From the NCBI GenBank assembly GCA_965207185.1, contig OZ242271.1:3197086-3261085 (forward strand): a stretch of 64,000 bases of DNA, read 5' to 3'. This DNA comes from Chloroflexota bacterium. Its GTDB lineage: Bacteria > Chloroflexota > UBA11872. Both the position numbers and the translations under genes were made by a program. Positions 26,474 to 35,676 of the stretch are shown here, in pieces (the stretch's first letter is position 1; each line of letters starts with the position of its first letter). The notes beneath the pieces were generated by a model. The model was not told the DNA's origin and searched no databases. It saw only the letters and a program-made list of their open reading frames with translations.

Positions 26474-26833
26474 CTAACCGAGTCGCCCACTCAAGGCGCG
26501 TCCGCCCAACACGTGAACGTGCAGATGGGCAACGGTCTGTGCGCCGTCGCGCCCGTGGTTTGTCGCAAGGCGATAGCCCGACTCGGTGAGGTTTTCGGCT
26601 TGGGCGACCGTTACAGCCACGGCCATCACTCGACCCAGAAGCTCCTGGTCGTCCTTTAGCCCGTCAATGCTGGCCACGTGCCGACGCGGCGCCACCAGCA
26701 CGTGTGATGGCGCCTGCGGATTGATGTCACGGAACGCAATGACGTGGTCGTCGGCATAGACGCCGTCGCTGGGGATGGCGCCACCAGCGATGGCGCAGAA
26801 AACACAGTCCTCGTGCGTCGCATCGGTGCTCAT
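26474..26833 (-). CDS. HIT-family (histidine triad) nucleotide hydrolase
   Basis: 119 aa: ...CVFCAI..G.IP...VYADD.VIAFRDINPQAP.HVLV.P..H...HLHVHVLGG (HxHxHxx). Confidence 0.85.
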   Translation of the reverse strand: MSTDATHEDCVFCAIAGGAIPSDGVYADDHVIAFRDINPQAPSHVLVAPRRHVASIDGLKDDQELLGRVMAVAVTVAQAENLTESGYRLATNHGRDGAQTVAHLHVHVLGGRALSGRLG

Positions 26834-27774
26834 TGGCTATGACCTCTCACGGCATCTACGGTTTCCACGTACGTAGCGGACGGCGCTCCCTTGGTGAAGC
26901 TGAGCACCCGCCACTCATCAGCCGCCGCGGCCGCGTTCAGCCTAAAGCCAAGCGGACGGGCGGCCGCGATCACGTCATCAACACGGGCGTCGAGCACTCC
27001 GCTCAGCAATAGCCGCCCCCCGGGCGCCAACAGGTGGGCGTATTCCGGCATCAGTTTCATGTGCACCGACGCCACGATGTTGGCTACAACCAGCGCGGCA
27101 GGCTCCGGGACGGTGAGGGCGGAACTTGGAACGGTCAACACAACTTGGTCCGATACGCCGTTACGCCTGATATTGGCGGCAGCCGCCGGACCTGCCTGAG
27201 GATCCCGATCGAAAGCGTAAACGCGGGCCGCGCCAAGCTTGACGGCCGCAATTGCCAGTATTCCAGAGCCGGTTCCTACATCAACCACCACATCACCCGG
27301 CGTCAGCGAGCCCTCCAGCACGTCCAACGCAAGCTGGGTCGTGGGATGACGTCCGGTGCCAAACGCCATCGCGGAGTCGAGAAAGATTGGAATCCGCTCC
27401 GCCTGGTCCGGCGGCAGCTCCAGCGAGGCGGGCACGATCAACAAGCGTTGACCGACCGCGAGTGGAACCAGGAACTCGCGCCAGCGCGTACGGTCGGCGT
27501 CCGGGTCTATGAACGCCTGAGACGCCTCGCCTACCGCGCCGTCTCCGGCAATGCGCAGCATTTCCAGTGCCCGCAGCAACTCACGACTCGTCGTCTCCTG
27601 CCCCTCGCCCGGGGCCACGTAGGCACGGGCGGTTATAGGCCACGCTTCCGCCGCCAACTGTGGTCGGGTTTCCACGGCGAATGCCGTGCCCACCAGCCGT
27701 TGCAGCGCCATGGATACGTCATCTAAGGCTTCCGGTTGCATGGGCACGCTGATCGACATCCACTGGCTGCTCAC
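26830..27774 (-). CDS. prmA: ribosomal protein L11 methyltransferase
   Basis: 314 aa with PrmA-like N-terminal domain and SAM motif VVDVGTGSGILAIAAVKLGA..V.AFD.D. Confidence 0.8.
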   Translation of the reverse strand: MSSQWMSISVPMQPEALDDVSMALQRLVGTAFAVETRPQLAAEAWPITARAYVAPGEGQETTSRELLRALEMLRIAGDGAVGEASQAFIDPDADRTRWREFLVPLAVGQRLLIVPASLELPPDQAERIPIFLDSAMAFGTGRHPTTQLALDVLEGSLTPGDVVVDVGTGSGILAIAAVKLGAARVYAFDRDPQAGPAAAANIRRNGVSDQVVLTVPSSALTVPEPAALVVANIVASVHMKLMPEYAHLLAPGGRLLLSGVLDARVDDVIAAARPLGFRLNAAAAADEWRVLSFTKGAPSATYVETVDAVRGHSQ

Positions 27775-28877
27775 CGAAATGCGGCTCGAATTTTTTCAAC
27801 GAAGCTGCGTCCGCCTGAATCGCTGCCGCCCGGCAGGGTCTCGCGCAGGCTCTCGAGCAGTTGGCGCTGCTTGCGATTCAACTTTGTCGGGGTGGCCACG
27901 TGCACGAAGAGATAATGGTCGCCGCGTCCTGATCCCCGCAGGCGCGGCGCGCCCTTGCCGCGCAGCCGAATAGGCGTGCCAGCCTGAGTTCCAGCGGGAA
28001 TCTTGATGGAACTGGGACCGTCCGCGGTCTCGACGTCAAGGGTGGCGCCCAAGGCCGCCTCGGCGACGTTGACCACAACGTTGCTCAGGATGTTGTCACC
28101 GTCGCGCTCCAGGACTGGATGCGGCTTGACGTCGATGCCAATGTAAAGATCGCCTGGCGAGCCGCCGCGCGGTCCGTGATTGCCTTCGCCGGTCAGCCGC
28201 AGTTCGGTCCCCGGCTGTAGCCCTGCGGGAACCCTCACCTTGCGCTGCACTGAAAGGCGCTCCAGACCTATTCCGGTGCATGACGGGCACTTACTCTCGA
28301 CCACCCGCCCCGCGCCGCCGCAGGTGTCGCAAACCGTAACGTTGACGAACTGACCGAAGATTGACCGCTGCGCATGCTGAACCTGTCCGGAACCTCGGCA
28401 AGCCGCGCAGGTCGTGGGCGTGGTGCCGGGCGCCGCACCGTTGCCGGCGCACGTACCGCAGGGTTCAAGACGCCGGTAACTAACGTCGGTCTCAACTCCG
28501 AACACGCTGTCCAGGAAGTCCAGTTCCACTTCAACGCGTGCATCGGTTCCCTGCTGCGTCGCTCCAGGCCTCGCCCGGCGTCCGCCGCCAAAAAACGCGT
28601 CAAACACGTCGCCGATCCCGCCAAAGTCATCAAACCCCGCACCGAAGGGAGATCCGGGCCCCTCGTGGCCAAAGCGGTCGTAGTTCGCCCGCTTCTCCTC
28701 ATCGCGCAGAACCTCATAGGCCTCGTTGATCTGTTGAAAGCGGGCCGTGGCGTCCGGTTCGCGGCTGACGTCCGGGTGATGCCGCCGCGCCAGATCGCGA
28801 TACGCCTTGCGAATCTCGTCTGGCCCAGCGGTGCGATCGACGCCCAATACGTCGTAATAGTCGAGTTTGGCGCTCAC
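27771..28877 (-). CDS. dnaJ: chaperone DnaJ (class I, with CxxCxGxG zinc-finger repeats)
   Basis: J-domain (YYDVLGV...HPD) and Gly/Phe region; CGTCAGNG...CAACRGSG...CDTCGGAG...CPSCTGIG. Confidence 0.92.
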   Translation of the reverse strand: MSAKLDYYDVLGVDRTAGPDEIRKAYRDLARRHHPDVSREPDATARFQQINEAYEVLRDEEKRANYDRFGHEGPGSPFGAGFDDFGGIGDVFDAFFGGGRRARPGATQQGTDARVEVELDFLDSVFGVETDVSYRRLEPCGTCAGNGAAPGTTPTTCAACRGSGQVQHAQRSIFGQFVNVTVCDTCGGAGRVVESKCPSCTGIGLERLSVQRKVRVPAGLQPGTELRLTGEGNHGPRGGSPGDLYIGIDVKPHPVLERDGDNILSNVVVNVAEAALGATLDVETADGPSSIKIPAGTQAGTPIRLRGKGAPRLRGSGRGDHYLFVHVATPTKLNRKQRQLLESLRETLPGGSDSGGRSFVEKIRAAFR

Positions 28878-29557
28878 ACGGCCTCGCTGGCGTCGTCGCG
28901 CGAGGCATCGGCTGACCCAACGTCAGCATCGGGCGCGTCATCGGCTGCAGGTTTCGGTCCGGCCCTGACGAGGACAGGTCGAATGACACGATCGTGCATG
29001 CGAAAGCCCCGCTGCAGTTCAGTCACAACGACCGTGGCTTCATCCCCGTCCGTCATGACAACCTCGTGGATCTCCACATCGATCGGGTCGCCCGCCCGGC
29101 AGGCAATCGCGGTCACACCCACGGTCTCCAGCACGCGGTTTAGTTGCGCCTGGATCAGCGCCACGCCGTCGATCCAGGTGAGCAGCCGTAACTCAGACGG
29201 AATCGATACAAACGCACGCTCCAGCGCGTCCATGACACTCAGCAGCTCAAAGGCAAACGCCTGATTTGCGAACTTGGCAATTTCTTGAGCCTCCTCCGTC
29301 GTACGCCGACGGTAGTTGGCAAAGTCGGCCTGTACTCGCGTGAGTCGGTTGAGAAGATCCTGCCGACGCGCGTCGAGCTGTGCGACTTGCGCCTTCAGAT
29401 CCTCCAACTCGTCCAGCGGCCCCTCAGGGCCGCCGCCCTCGTCCGGAGTCGATGCCAGATCCTCATCAATGTTGGAAGCGGACCGATGGTCCGAGACTTT
29501 GACCTCGATCGGCGGTTCATCATCGGCGCCGCCAGCGCCATTCCTATCACTCACCAT
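28874..29557 (-). CDS. grpE: nucleotide exchange factor GrpE (copy 1)
   Basis: 227 aa with GrpE coiled-coil and ...RLTRVQADFANYRRR...FELL.V.D.LERA. Overlaps the dnaJ start by 4 nt. Confidence 0.85.
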   Translation of the reverse strand: MVSDRNGAGGADDEPPIEVKVSDHRSASNIDEDLASTPDEGGGPEGPLDELEDLKAQVAQLDARRQDLLNRLTRVQADFANYRRRTTEEAQEIAKFANQAFAFELLSVMDALERAFVSIPSELRLLTWIDGVALIQAQLNRVLETVGVTAIACRAGDPIDVEIHEVVMTDGDEATVVVTELQRGFRMHDRVIRPVLVRAGPKPAADDAPDADVGSADASRDDASEAV

Positions 29558-29653
29558 GCAGCATTGGGATTCCAGAAGCGTTCAGCGACATTCTACGGAC
29601 GAACTGGGGCCTGACCGGAGAGCCGCCGACCTCGCGATCCACGCACCAGCTGG

Positions 29654-32446
29654 CTAGGGCGGTGGCGCAACGATGCGCACGTCGCCAGGCGTCACAACGA
29701 AATCCGCCGACGCTATGGCGCGGGCCCCAACCATAATCTCGACTCGCCAAGTTCCTGGCGCGGCCGTGGGCGGAAGTCCAAACCAGAATCCGAAACGCGC
29801 CTGCCCGTAGGCAGGCTGCGGATCAGTTAGGAAGGTCCCCTGGAGAGCGTCTCCCGCAAACCAGCGGATTCCAAGGCGCGAACCGCGCGCTACGTTCACA
29901 AATTCAATCGACACGTTGACACGCTCGCCGGGATGAAACGTCAGGGTCGGCTGAACCGGCTCCTGTCCCGGCCCAAGCTGCAAGGCCAGCACCACGCTAT
30001 TGGCCTCGGCCGACTCGTTCGCTGCGACATCCAGTGCCGCGCCGGGGCTTGCGGTCGGTGTCGGCGTGGCGGGTTGTCCCGTTGAAGACGGCCCCGCGCC
30101 TGGCTGTTCAGAGTAGATTCGCCAGATCAGCCCACGCGCTTCGAGCAGATACCCACTCCCGTCCGGCCCCAAGGCAATGTCAACCGACGTGAACAGCGGA
30201 ATGTCGCGAGCCAGGTCGCCGGGCTGCCCCTGACCCAACGGGTTGCCGGCAATGATCTGCGCGTGCCCGCCCGAATCGATTCTGGCGATTTGGCCGCTGC
30301 CGCTCGCCACGACATAGACGGCGCCGACCGCATCCGTGGCGACGCCAATTGGCGCATCCAGCCCAACTTCGCGGGCTGGACCTTCCGTGGGTGCCTCGGC
30401 CCGGCCCGATCCGGCCAAAGTACCGATCACGCCATCGGAATCGACACGGCGAACTACGCCCGCGTGGAGTTGGGTGATGAGCGCCGACCCGTCGGCATGC
30501 AGTGCCACACGCTGCGGGAATCCGACGGCGGCCTCAGTAGCTGGGCCACCGTCACCTCCGCTACCGTCCACGCCGCTTCCCGCGTAAGCGTGAATGAGGC
30601 CATCCGGGCGAATGACGCGCACCCGGTGGACCGGCCCGTCCACCACGAAAAGTGAGCCGTCAGCTCCTAATGCCAGGCCCACGGGCTCGGTGAACTGGGC
30701 ATCGCGAGCGGGACCGCCGTCGCCGCCAATACCGGGCTGCGAACCGCCGGCAAACGTAGTGATGACGCCGTCCGGGTCGATCTTGCGAATTCGAAAATTG
30801 CCCGAATCGGCCACGTAGATTGATCCGTTCGAATCGACGACGAGTGCTGAGGGACGGTTGAGCTGGGCTGCTACAGCGGTCAAGCCGTCGCCAGCGCTCC
30901 CGGGATCGCCGGTACCAGCGACGACACTCAACGCGCCATCGGGCTCAATACGACGGATTCGATGGTTGCCCGTGTCGGCAATCAGTAGACGCCCAACGCC
31001 GTCGATGGCGATGCCCCGCGGCGATGCCAGAGCGGCGCTGAGTCGAAATTCTCCGTCAGCTGCGTTGCCCGATTCGCCTGTACCCGCAAAGATCTCGGCC
31101 ACCAACGCACCGGCAAGGGGGGCGCCGCCGGTCAGGGCGGGCGCCGGCGGGACATAGGCGGCTACAGGCTGTGGTTCGGCCGGCTGAGCGTCCACCGCTC
31201 CAACCGCCTGCACGTCCACGGCGGGCTGTGCCCCCTCGGCGCCGGGCAGCGGCACCAGAGCACGAACCCGGCGCGCGCTCTGCTCGACGATAAGCAGGCT
31301 TCCGTCAAGCGTCGGCACGACATCCAGCGGCAGCGTCAGACGAGATTCCAGCGCTGGCCCACCGGACTCCACGCGACCACCCACCAGACCGGCGACCGTA
31401 TGCATGGTTCCATCAGGGTGGATTCGGCGAATACGCCGACTGTTCCAGTCGGCGATGAAGACTGCGCCGCTTGAGTCCACGACAACGCTTTGGGGCCCAT
31501 GGAGTTCAGCGGCGGTGGCCGGACCGCCGTCGCCAGCGCCGCCCGGCAACCCGGTGCCGGCAATCGTGTCAACCACGCCGCTTGTCGAAACCCGGCGAAT
31601 CCGATTGCCGGCCAGCTCGGCGATCAGCAGGTTGCCCTGGCCATCGACATCCACATCAACGGGCTGGTTGAGTGTTGCGGCCAGGGCCGGACCGCCGTCG
31701 CCAGAGCTTCCAGGCGCACCCGTGCCGGCCACCGTGGCCACGTTTCCGCGCGTGTCGACGCGGCGAACGCGATGAGCCGCCCGTTCAGCGATGAACAGGT
31801 TGCCATCGCCGTCAATCGCCATGCCCTCATTGCCTGCGGTCCTCGCAAATGCGGCTGGCCCGCCGTCGCCCTCCAGGCCCGCGTGGCCGTCGCCGAGAAT
31901 TGTGGACACCAGACCGGTTGGATCGATTCGGCGCACCCGATCAAGTTCCGCCACGAAGAGCGTGCCGGCTTGATCGACCAGCAGGCGGGTGGGATCGGTG
32001 AAGTCCGCTGCCAGGGCGTGTCCCCCGTCACCGCCGTAACCTCGCGTGCCAGTACCCGCCAGCGCTTCGATGACCCCATCGGTGCGGATGCGTCGAATGC
32101 GACTGGCACTGGGATCGGACACATAGATCAGTCCGTCAGAGCCAACCGCGACACCGCCGACACTTCGGAACTGCGCCGCCACGGCCGGGCCGCCATCGCC
32201 CGCATCGCCGATATCTCCGGTGCCCGCGAAGTCTGATATCAGCGCCGGCAGGCGAACTGGCGGCGGCAACGGCTGTGGCATCGGCGCGAAGTAGGCAGGC
32301 GGAGTTTGGGCGGCGCTTCCATCGGTGGACGGTGCGGAATCCGCGCCAAAGCCGCCAATGTCGCAGGCTGTGGCAGCCGAACCGACGGCGAGGAGACCCA
32401 GAACGCGCCGTCGGGAAGTCGTGATTCGCCGCCAGTTAGCCGGCAT
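29654..32446 (-). CDS. NHL-repeat beta-propeller protein, probable Tat-exported lipoprotein (930 aa)
   Basis: N-terminus RRITTSRRRVLGLLAVGSAATAC (twin-Arg plus lipobox-like Cys). It has at least 13 tandem NHL-type repeats (AGTG.PG..GDGGPA..A.L..P.GV.VD..GN.YIAD...N.RIRRI), split by Pro/Ala-rich linkers, plus a roughly 110-aa C-terminal domain. Confidence 0.8.
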   Translation of the reverse strand: MPANWRRITTSRRRVLGLLAVGSAATACDIGGFGADSAPSTDGSAAQTPPAYFAPMPQPLPPPVRLPALISDFAGTGDIGDAGDGGPAVAAQFRSVGGVAVGSDGLIYVSDPSASRIRRIRTDGVIEALAGTGTRGYGGDGGHALAADFTDPTRLLVDQAGTLFVAELDRVRRIDPTGLVSTILGDGHAGLEGDGGPAAFARTAGNEGMAIDGDGNLFIAERAAHRVRRVDTRGNVATVAGTGAPGSSGDGGPALAATLNQPVDVDVDGQGNLLIAELAGNRIRRVSTSGVVDTIAGTGLPGGAGDGGPATAAELHGPQSVVVDSSGAVFIADWNSRRIRRIHPDGTMHTVAGLVGGRVESGGPALESRLTLPLDVVPTLDGSLLIVEQSARRVRALVPLPGAEGAQPAVDVQAVGAVDAQPAEPQPVAAYVPPAPALTGGAPLAGALVAEIFAGTGESGNAADGEFRLSAALASPRGIAIDGVGRLLIADTGNHRIRRIEPDGALSVVAGTGDPGSAGDGLTAVAAQLNRPSALVVDSNGSIYVADSGNFRIRKIDPDGVITTFAGGSQPGIGGDGGPARDAQFTEPVGLALGADGSLFVVDGPVHRVRVIRPDGLIHAYAGSGVDGSGGDGGPATEAAVGFPQRVALHADGSALITQLHAGVVRRVDSDGVIGTLAGSGRAEAPTEGPAREVGLDAPIGVATDAVGAVYVVASGSGQIARIDSGGHAQIIAGNPLGQGQPGDLARDIPLFTSVDIALGPDGSGYLLEARGLIWRIYSEQPGAGPSSTGQPATPTPTASPGAALDVAANESAEANSVVLALQLGPGQEPVQPTLTFHPGERVNVSIEFVNVARGSRLGIRWFAGDALQGTFLTDPQPAYGQARFGFWFGLPPTAAPGTWRVEIMVGARAIASADFVVTPGDVRIVAPPP

Positions 32447-33803
32447 CGCCGCGCATCACAATCAGCAGGGTTCGCAACAAGATTCGCAAGTCGAACAGCA
32501 ATGACCAGTTTTCCACGTAATACAGGTCATAGCGCGTGCGGTCCGCGATTGACGAGTCGCCGCGCATGCCGTTCACCTGCGCCCAGCCCGTCACCCCTGC
32601 GCGCTCGCGGTGCCGGACCATGTAGCGCGAGAACTCACCGCGGAACGTGGCCACGTAATCGGGCTGCTCTGGGCGCGGCCCTACAAGGCTCATATCGCCG
32701 CGAATTACGTTCAGGAGCTGTGGCAATTCGTCAATCCAATAGCGCCGGAGAATCCGCCCGACGCGCGTCTGCCGAGGATCGTTAGCGACGGTCCAGGTCT
32801 GCCCGTACTCATCGGCGTCACTGACCATGGTCCGAAACTTCACGATTGGAAACGGTCGTCCGTCGCGGCCGACGCGCGTCTGCACGTAGAAGGCCGGACC
32901 CTTGGAGTCTAGCTTGATGATGAGGGCGATGAGCAGCATTGGGGCCGATGCCAGCAACAGCACAATCGAGGCCGCAACGAGGTCGAGCGAGCGCTTGGTA
33001 AAACGGCTGAGTCCTCGCAGGCGTACTTCATTGACCGCTATCAAGGGCAGTCCCCGAACGCCGCCTTCAACAACCGGTGAAACCATCAACTGAAAAAGAT
33101 CGGGCAGGAGCCAGACATCGGCGTACGACGCCTCAACCTCGGCAAGGATGGAAAGCAGATCGTCGTGAGAAAGTGAAGGGATGGCGACGACGACCTTGTC
33201 GATCTCGTGCTCCGCGATCACCTCTGAGAGCAGGGCGGATGTGCCCAGCACCGGGAATCGGCGTTCGCCAATGGATACGCGAGATTCAAAATCGTCAAGA
33301 AATCCAACCAGCTGATAACGACGGCTTGGATCCTCGAGCAGACGCCCGCCGACCTCGCGGCCTTCGGTCCCTGCCCCGATTACGAGCATCCGCTGGACCC
33401 CGACACCGCGCTGGGCCAGAACTCGCAGCAGCGCAGCGAGCAGCGACCGCCCTGACGCAACGAAAACAATGCCCAGCGGCCAAGCAATGGGCATGACGTT
33501 TCGCACAGGTTCCAGGCGGTCGGTAAAGACAAAGAAGGTCGCGGCTACAGCAAGCAGAGCGCCAATCGTGACCATGCCCCCACTGCGCGCAACCCTATCG
33601 ATGGGCCCCGCCGTCCGAAATCGCGAGTACATGCCCAGCGACAGACCGCCGATCACCGTGGCCACGGCAAACGCGATGATGACCGGCGCGAGAAATAGAA
33701 AGCGGTTCGGGGGCGTTCCCTCGAACCATCCGAAGCGATAGCGCATGTAGTAGCCCGCGATCAGCGCCAATCCGACGGCGACGACATCGGCCATGAGCGA
33801 CAT
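32436..33803 (-). CDS. polyprenyl-phosphate sugar phosphotransferase (WbaP/EpsB-type priming glycosyltransferase); start uncertain
   Basis: C-terminal Bac_transf domain ...LIIKLDSKGPAFYVQTRVGRDGRPFPIVKFRTM...WIDELPQL.NV..G.MSLVGPRPE... with N-terminal TM segments. The ORF is open to 34091, but that portion overlaps the upstream GT gene. A start at M97 (33803) or M100 is likely. Confidence 0.8.
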   Translation of the reverse strand: MSLMADVVAVGLALIAGYYMRYRFGWFEGTPPNRFLFLAPVIIAFAVATVIGGLSLGMYSRFRTAGPIDRVARSGGMVTIGALLAVAATFFVFTDRLEPVRNVMPIAWPLGIVFVASGRSLLAALLRVLAQRGVGVQRMLVIGAGTEGREVGGRLLEDPSRRYQLVGFLDDFESRVSIGERRFPVLGTSALLSEVIAEHEIDKVVVAIPSLSHDDLLSILAEVEASYADVWLLPDLFQLMVSPVVEGGVRGLPLIAVNEVRLRGLSRFTKRSLDLVAASIVLLLASAPMLLIALIIKLDSKGPAFYVQTRVGRDGRPFPIVKFRTMVSDADEYGQTWTVANDPRQTRVGRILRRYWIDELPQLLNVIRGDMSLVGPRPEQPDYVATFRGEFSRYMVRHRERAGVTGWAQVNGMRGDSSIADRTRYDLYYVENWSLLFDLRILLRTLLIVMRGDAG

Positions 33804-33841
33804 CGTGGAGACGAGGCCGCCCCAGTTGCGCCGCGCCCAGG

Positions 33842-34738
33842 TCAGCACGATGCGCTGTCCGTTTCTGCTGATCGGTGCGTCGCTAGCGCGCGCAGCACAC
33901 CGCCACAGCCAAGGACACATATTCCGGCCAGCACCAGGGCGCGCAGCGGCCAGGGATCGCCGACATGGTGTTTGGCGTAATAGCGCCACATTGACCTGTA
34001 GAACTCGAATCGAGTCCGAAGCGGGCGCTGCCGCGACGATTGGCGCTTGTGATGCCACACGCGCGCCTGTGGCACGAAGAGCGATTTCCACCCCGCGTTC
34101 GCAAGCCGCCGATGCAGGTCCAGATCATCGCCGTACATGAAAAATTCCGGATCAAACCCGCCAACCGCTGCGAAGGCCGTGCGGCGAACCATGAGACACG
34201 CGCCCGATACGGCGTCAATTTCACTTACGGAAGTGTCCACCGGGTCGCCGGCGTTGTAGAGCTTGATGCCGCTTCGGCTGAGGAATCGCGGGGAGCCAAG
34301 CAGTCGGTGCAACGCGTTAGCCGGTCGCGGAAAGTGCCGGCGAGCCGCCGGATCGAGACGACCGTCGGGCAGTGTCAGCCGTGGGCCGGCCGCGGCGACA
34401 TCCGGGCGATGGTTGAGTTCATTGGCCAGTGTCCCGATTGATGCCGGTTCCGGCTCCGTGTCTGGGTTGAGGAAAAGCACCAGTGGCGCCCGCGTGACGG
34501 TCGCTCCGATGTTGTTGGCGCCGCCGAATCCGAGGGCCGGCGAGCCGCGAATTGCTCGTACGTCGTTACGGGCCAAGAGCATCGGCCACGTGTCATCGCC
34601 ACAACCGTTGTCCACCACGGCGACCTCCAGCGTCTGCGAGCCGCGGGCGGCCTCCAAACTGTCGAGGCACCGCTCCAGCAGCGCGCGAACGTTGTACGTA
34701 GTGATGATGACGGCAACATCGGGATCGGCGGCGGTCAT
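33842..34738 (-). CDS. family 2 glycosyltransferase
   Basis: VAVIITTYN...NPDTEPEP... with GT-A fold DxD context and the ...FFMYGDDLDL.RR... motif typical of GT2. Confidence 0.8.
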   Translation of the reverse strand: MTAADPDVAVIITTYNVRALLERCLDSLEAARGSQTLEVAVVDNGCGDDTWPMLLARNDVRAIRGSPALGFGGANNIGATVTRAPLVLFLNPDTEPEPASIGTLANELNHRPDVAAAGPRLTLPDGRLDPAARRHFPRPANALHRLLGSPRFLSRSGIKLYNAGDPVDTSVSEIDAVSGACLMVRRTAFAAVGGFDPEFFMYGDDLDLHRRLANAGWKSLFVPQARVWHHKRQSSRQRPLRTRFEFYRSMWRYYAKHHVGDPWPLRALVLAGICVLGCGGVLRALATHRSAETDSASC

Positions 34739-35676
34739 TGCCGCCACCGACGCGACAGTCCGACGACGCAGCCCGCCATCTTGGCCACATCGCCAACGAT
34801 CCGTAGGACCGGAACCAGCGCGGGGACCACCAACGGCTGGGCGCCGGCGGTATGCCGGCCCATGGTCGGAGCACGCCGCAGGGAACGGCCCAGATAGGCC
34901 GTGGCCAGCAGTGTCAGGAAGGCCCGGGCCGCCGGCGACGGGTAGAGGAACAGGGCAAGACCCAGGGCATAGGCCCCATACCGCAGGGCGTGCCGCCGCA
35001 TAAGCATGCCCGCGTGTCCATCACCGGCGGCGTACAGAAAGTACTGCCTGAAGAAGGCCGCCACGCTGGAACGTGGGCGAATACCGACGTCGGCGCCCGG
35101 AGCATGGCGGAACCACCCGCCGTTGCGCCAGATTTCGCGGTCCAGCCACAAATCCTCACCGTGGGCGAGCCATTCGGGATATCCGCCGACACGCTGCAAC
35201 CATTCGCGTCGAAAGAGCGCCGACCCGCTGCTTGGCGGATAGCGCGTCGGGTCGATCTGGCGCGCAAGCGGTAGTGCCACCGCACCAAGCGCCGCCTCGA
35301 ACGTCGTTTGCGGCGCGGCCAGAATGTAGCCATAGGATCCCGCTGCAAGCGGTTCGTCCTGGGCGGCGGTAACGAGCGACCGAAGCCAGCCCGATGAGCG
35401 TCGTAGGCCGGCGTCCGTTACCGCCACGAACGGCGCCGTTGTCGCCTCAATCGCGAGATTGCGTCCGGCAGCGATATTGGTTCCCGGAGCCCGTCGCAAT
35501 CTGAATCGCGGGTCGCCGGCAACCGCCCCGTGTAACGCTTCATACGTGCCGTCGGTGGAACCGCCGTCAACAATCACGATCTCGTCGGCCGCCAGGTCCT
35601 GTTCGACCAGACTTGCCACCATCGACGCTGCGTCGGCGGCTTCATTCTTCACGGTGGCGCACACGGCAACGGTCAT
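34735..35676 (-). CDS. family 2 glycosyltransferase
   Basis: MTVAVCATVKNEA...IVIVDGGSTDGT... (GT2 N-terminal signature). I trimmed the start to M11 so that ATGA overlaps the upstream stop. Confidence 0.75.
   Translation of the reverse strand: MTVAVCATVKNEAADAASMVASLVEQDLAADEIVIVDGGSTDGTYEALHGAVAGDPRFRLRRAPGTNIAAGRNLAIEATTAPFVAVTDAGLRRSSGWLRSLVTAAQDEPLAAGSYGYILAAPQTTFEAALGAVALPLARQIDPTRYPPSSGSALFRREWLQRVGGYPEWLAHGEDLWLDREIWRNGGWFRHAPGADVGIRPRSSVAAFFRQYFLYAAGDGHAGMLMRRHALRYGAYALGLALFLYPSPAARAFLTLLATAYLGRSLRRAPTMGRHTAGAQPLVVPALVPVLRIVGDVAKMAGCVVGLSRRWRQ

Noticed and set aside
29558-29653. Looked for HAIR or CIRCE heat-shock operators upstream of grpE copy 1
   Set aside because: No match by eye to CTTGAGT-N7-ACTCAAG or TTAGCACTC-N9-GAGTGCTAA. 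Left unannotated.
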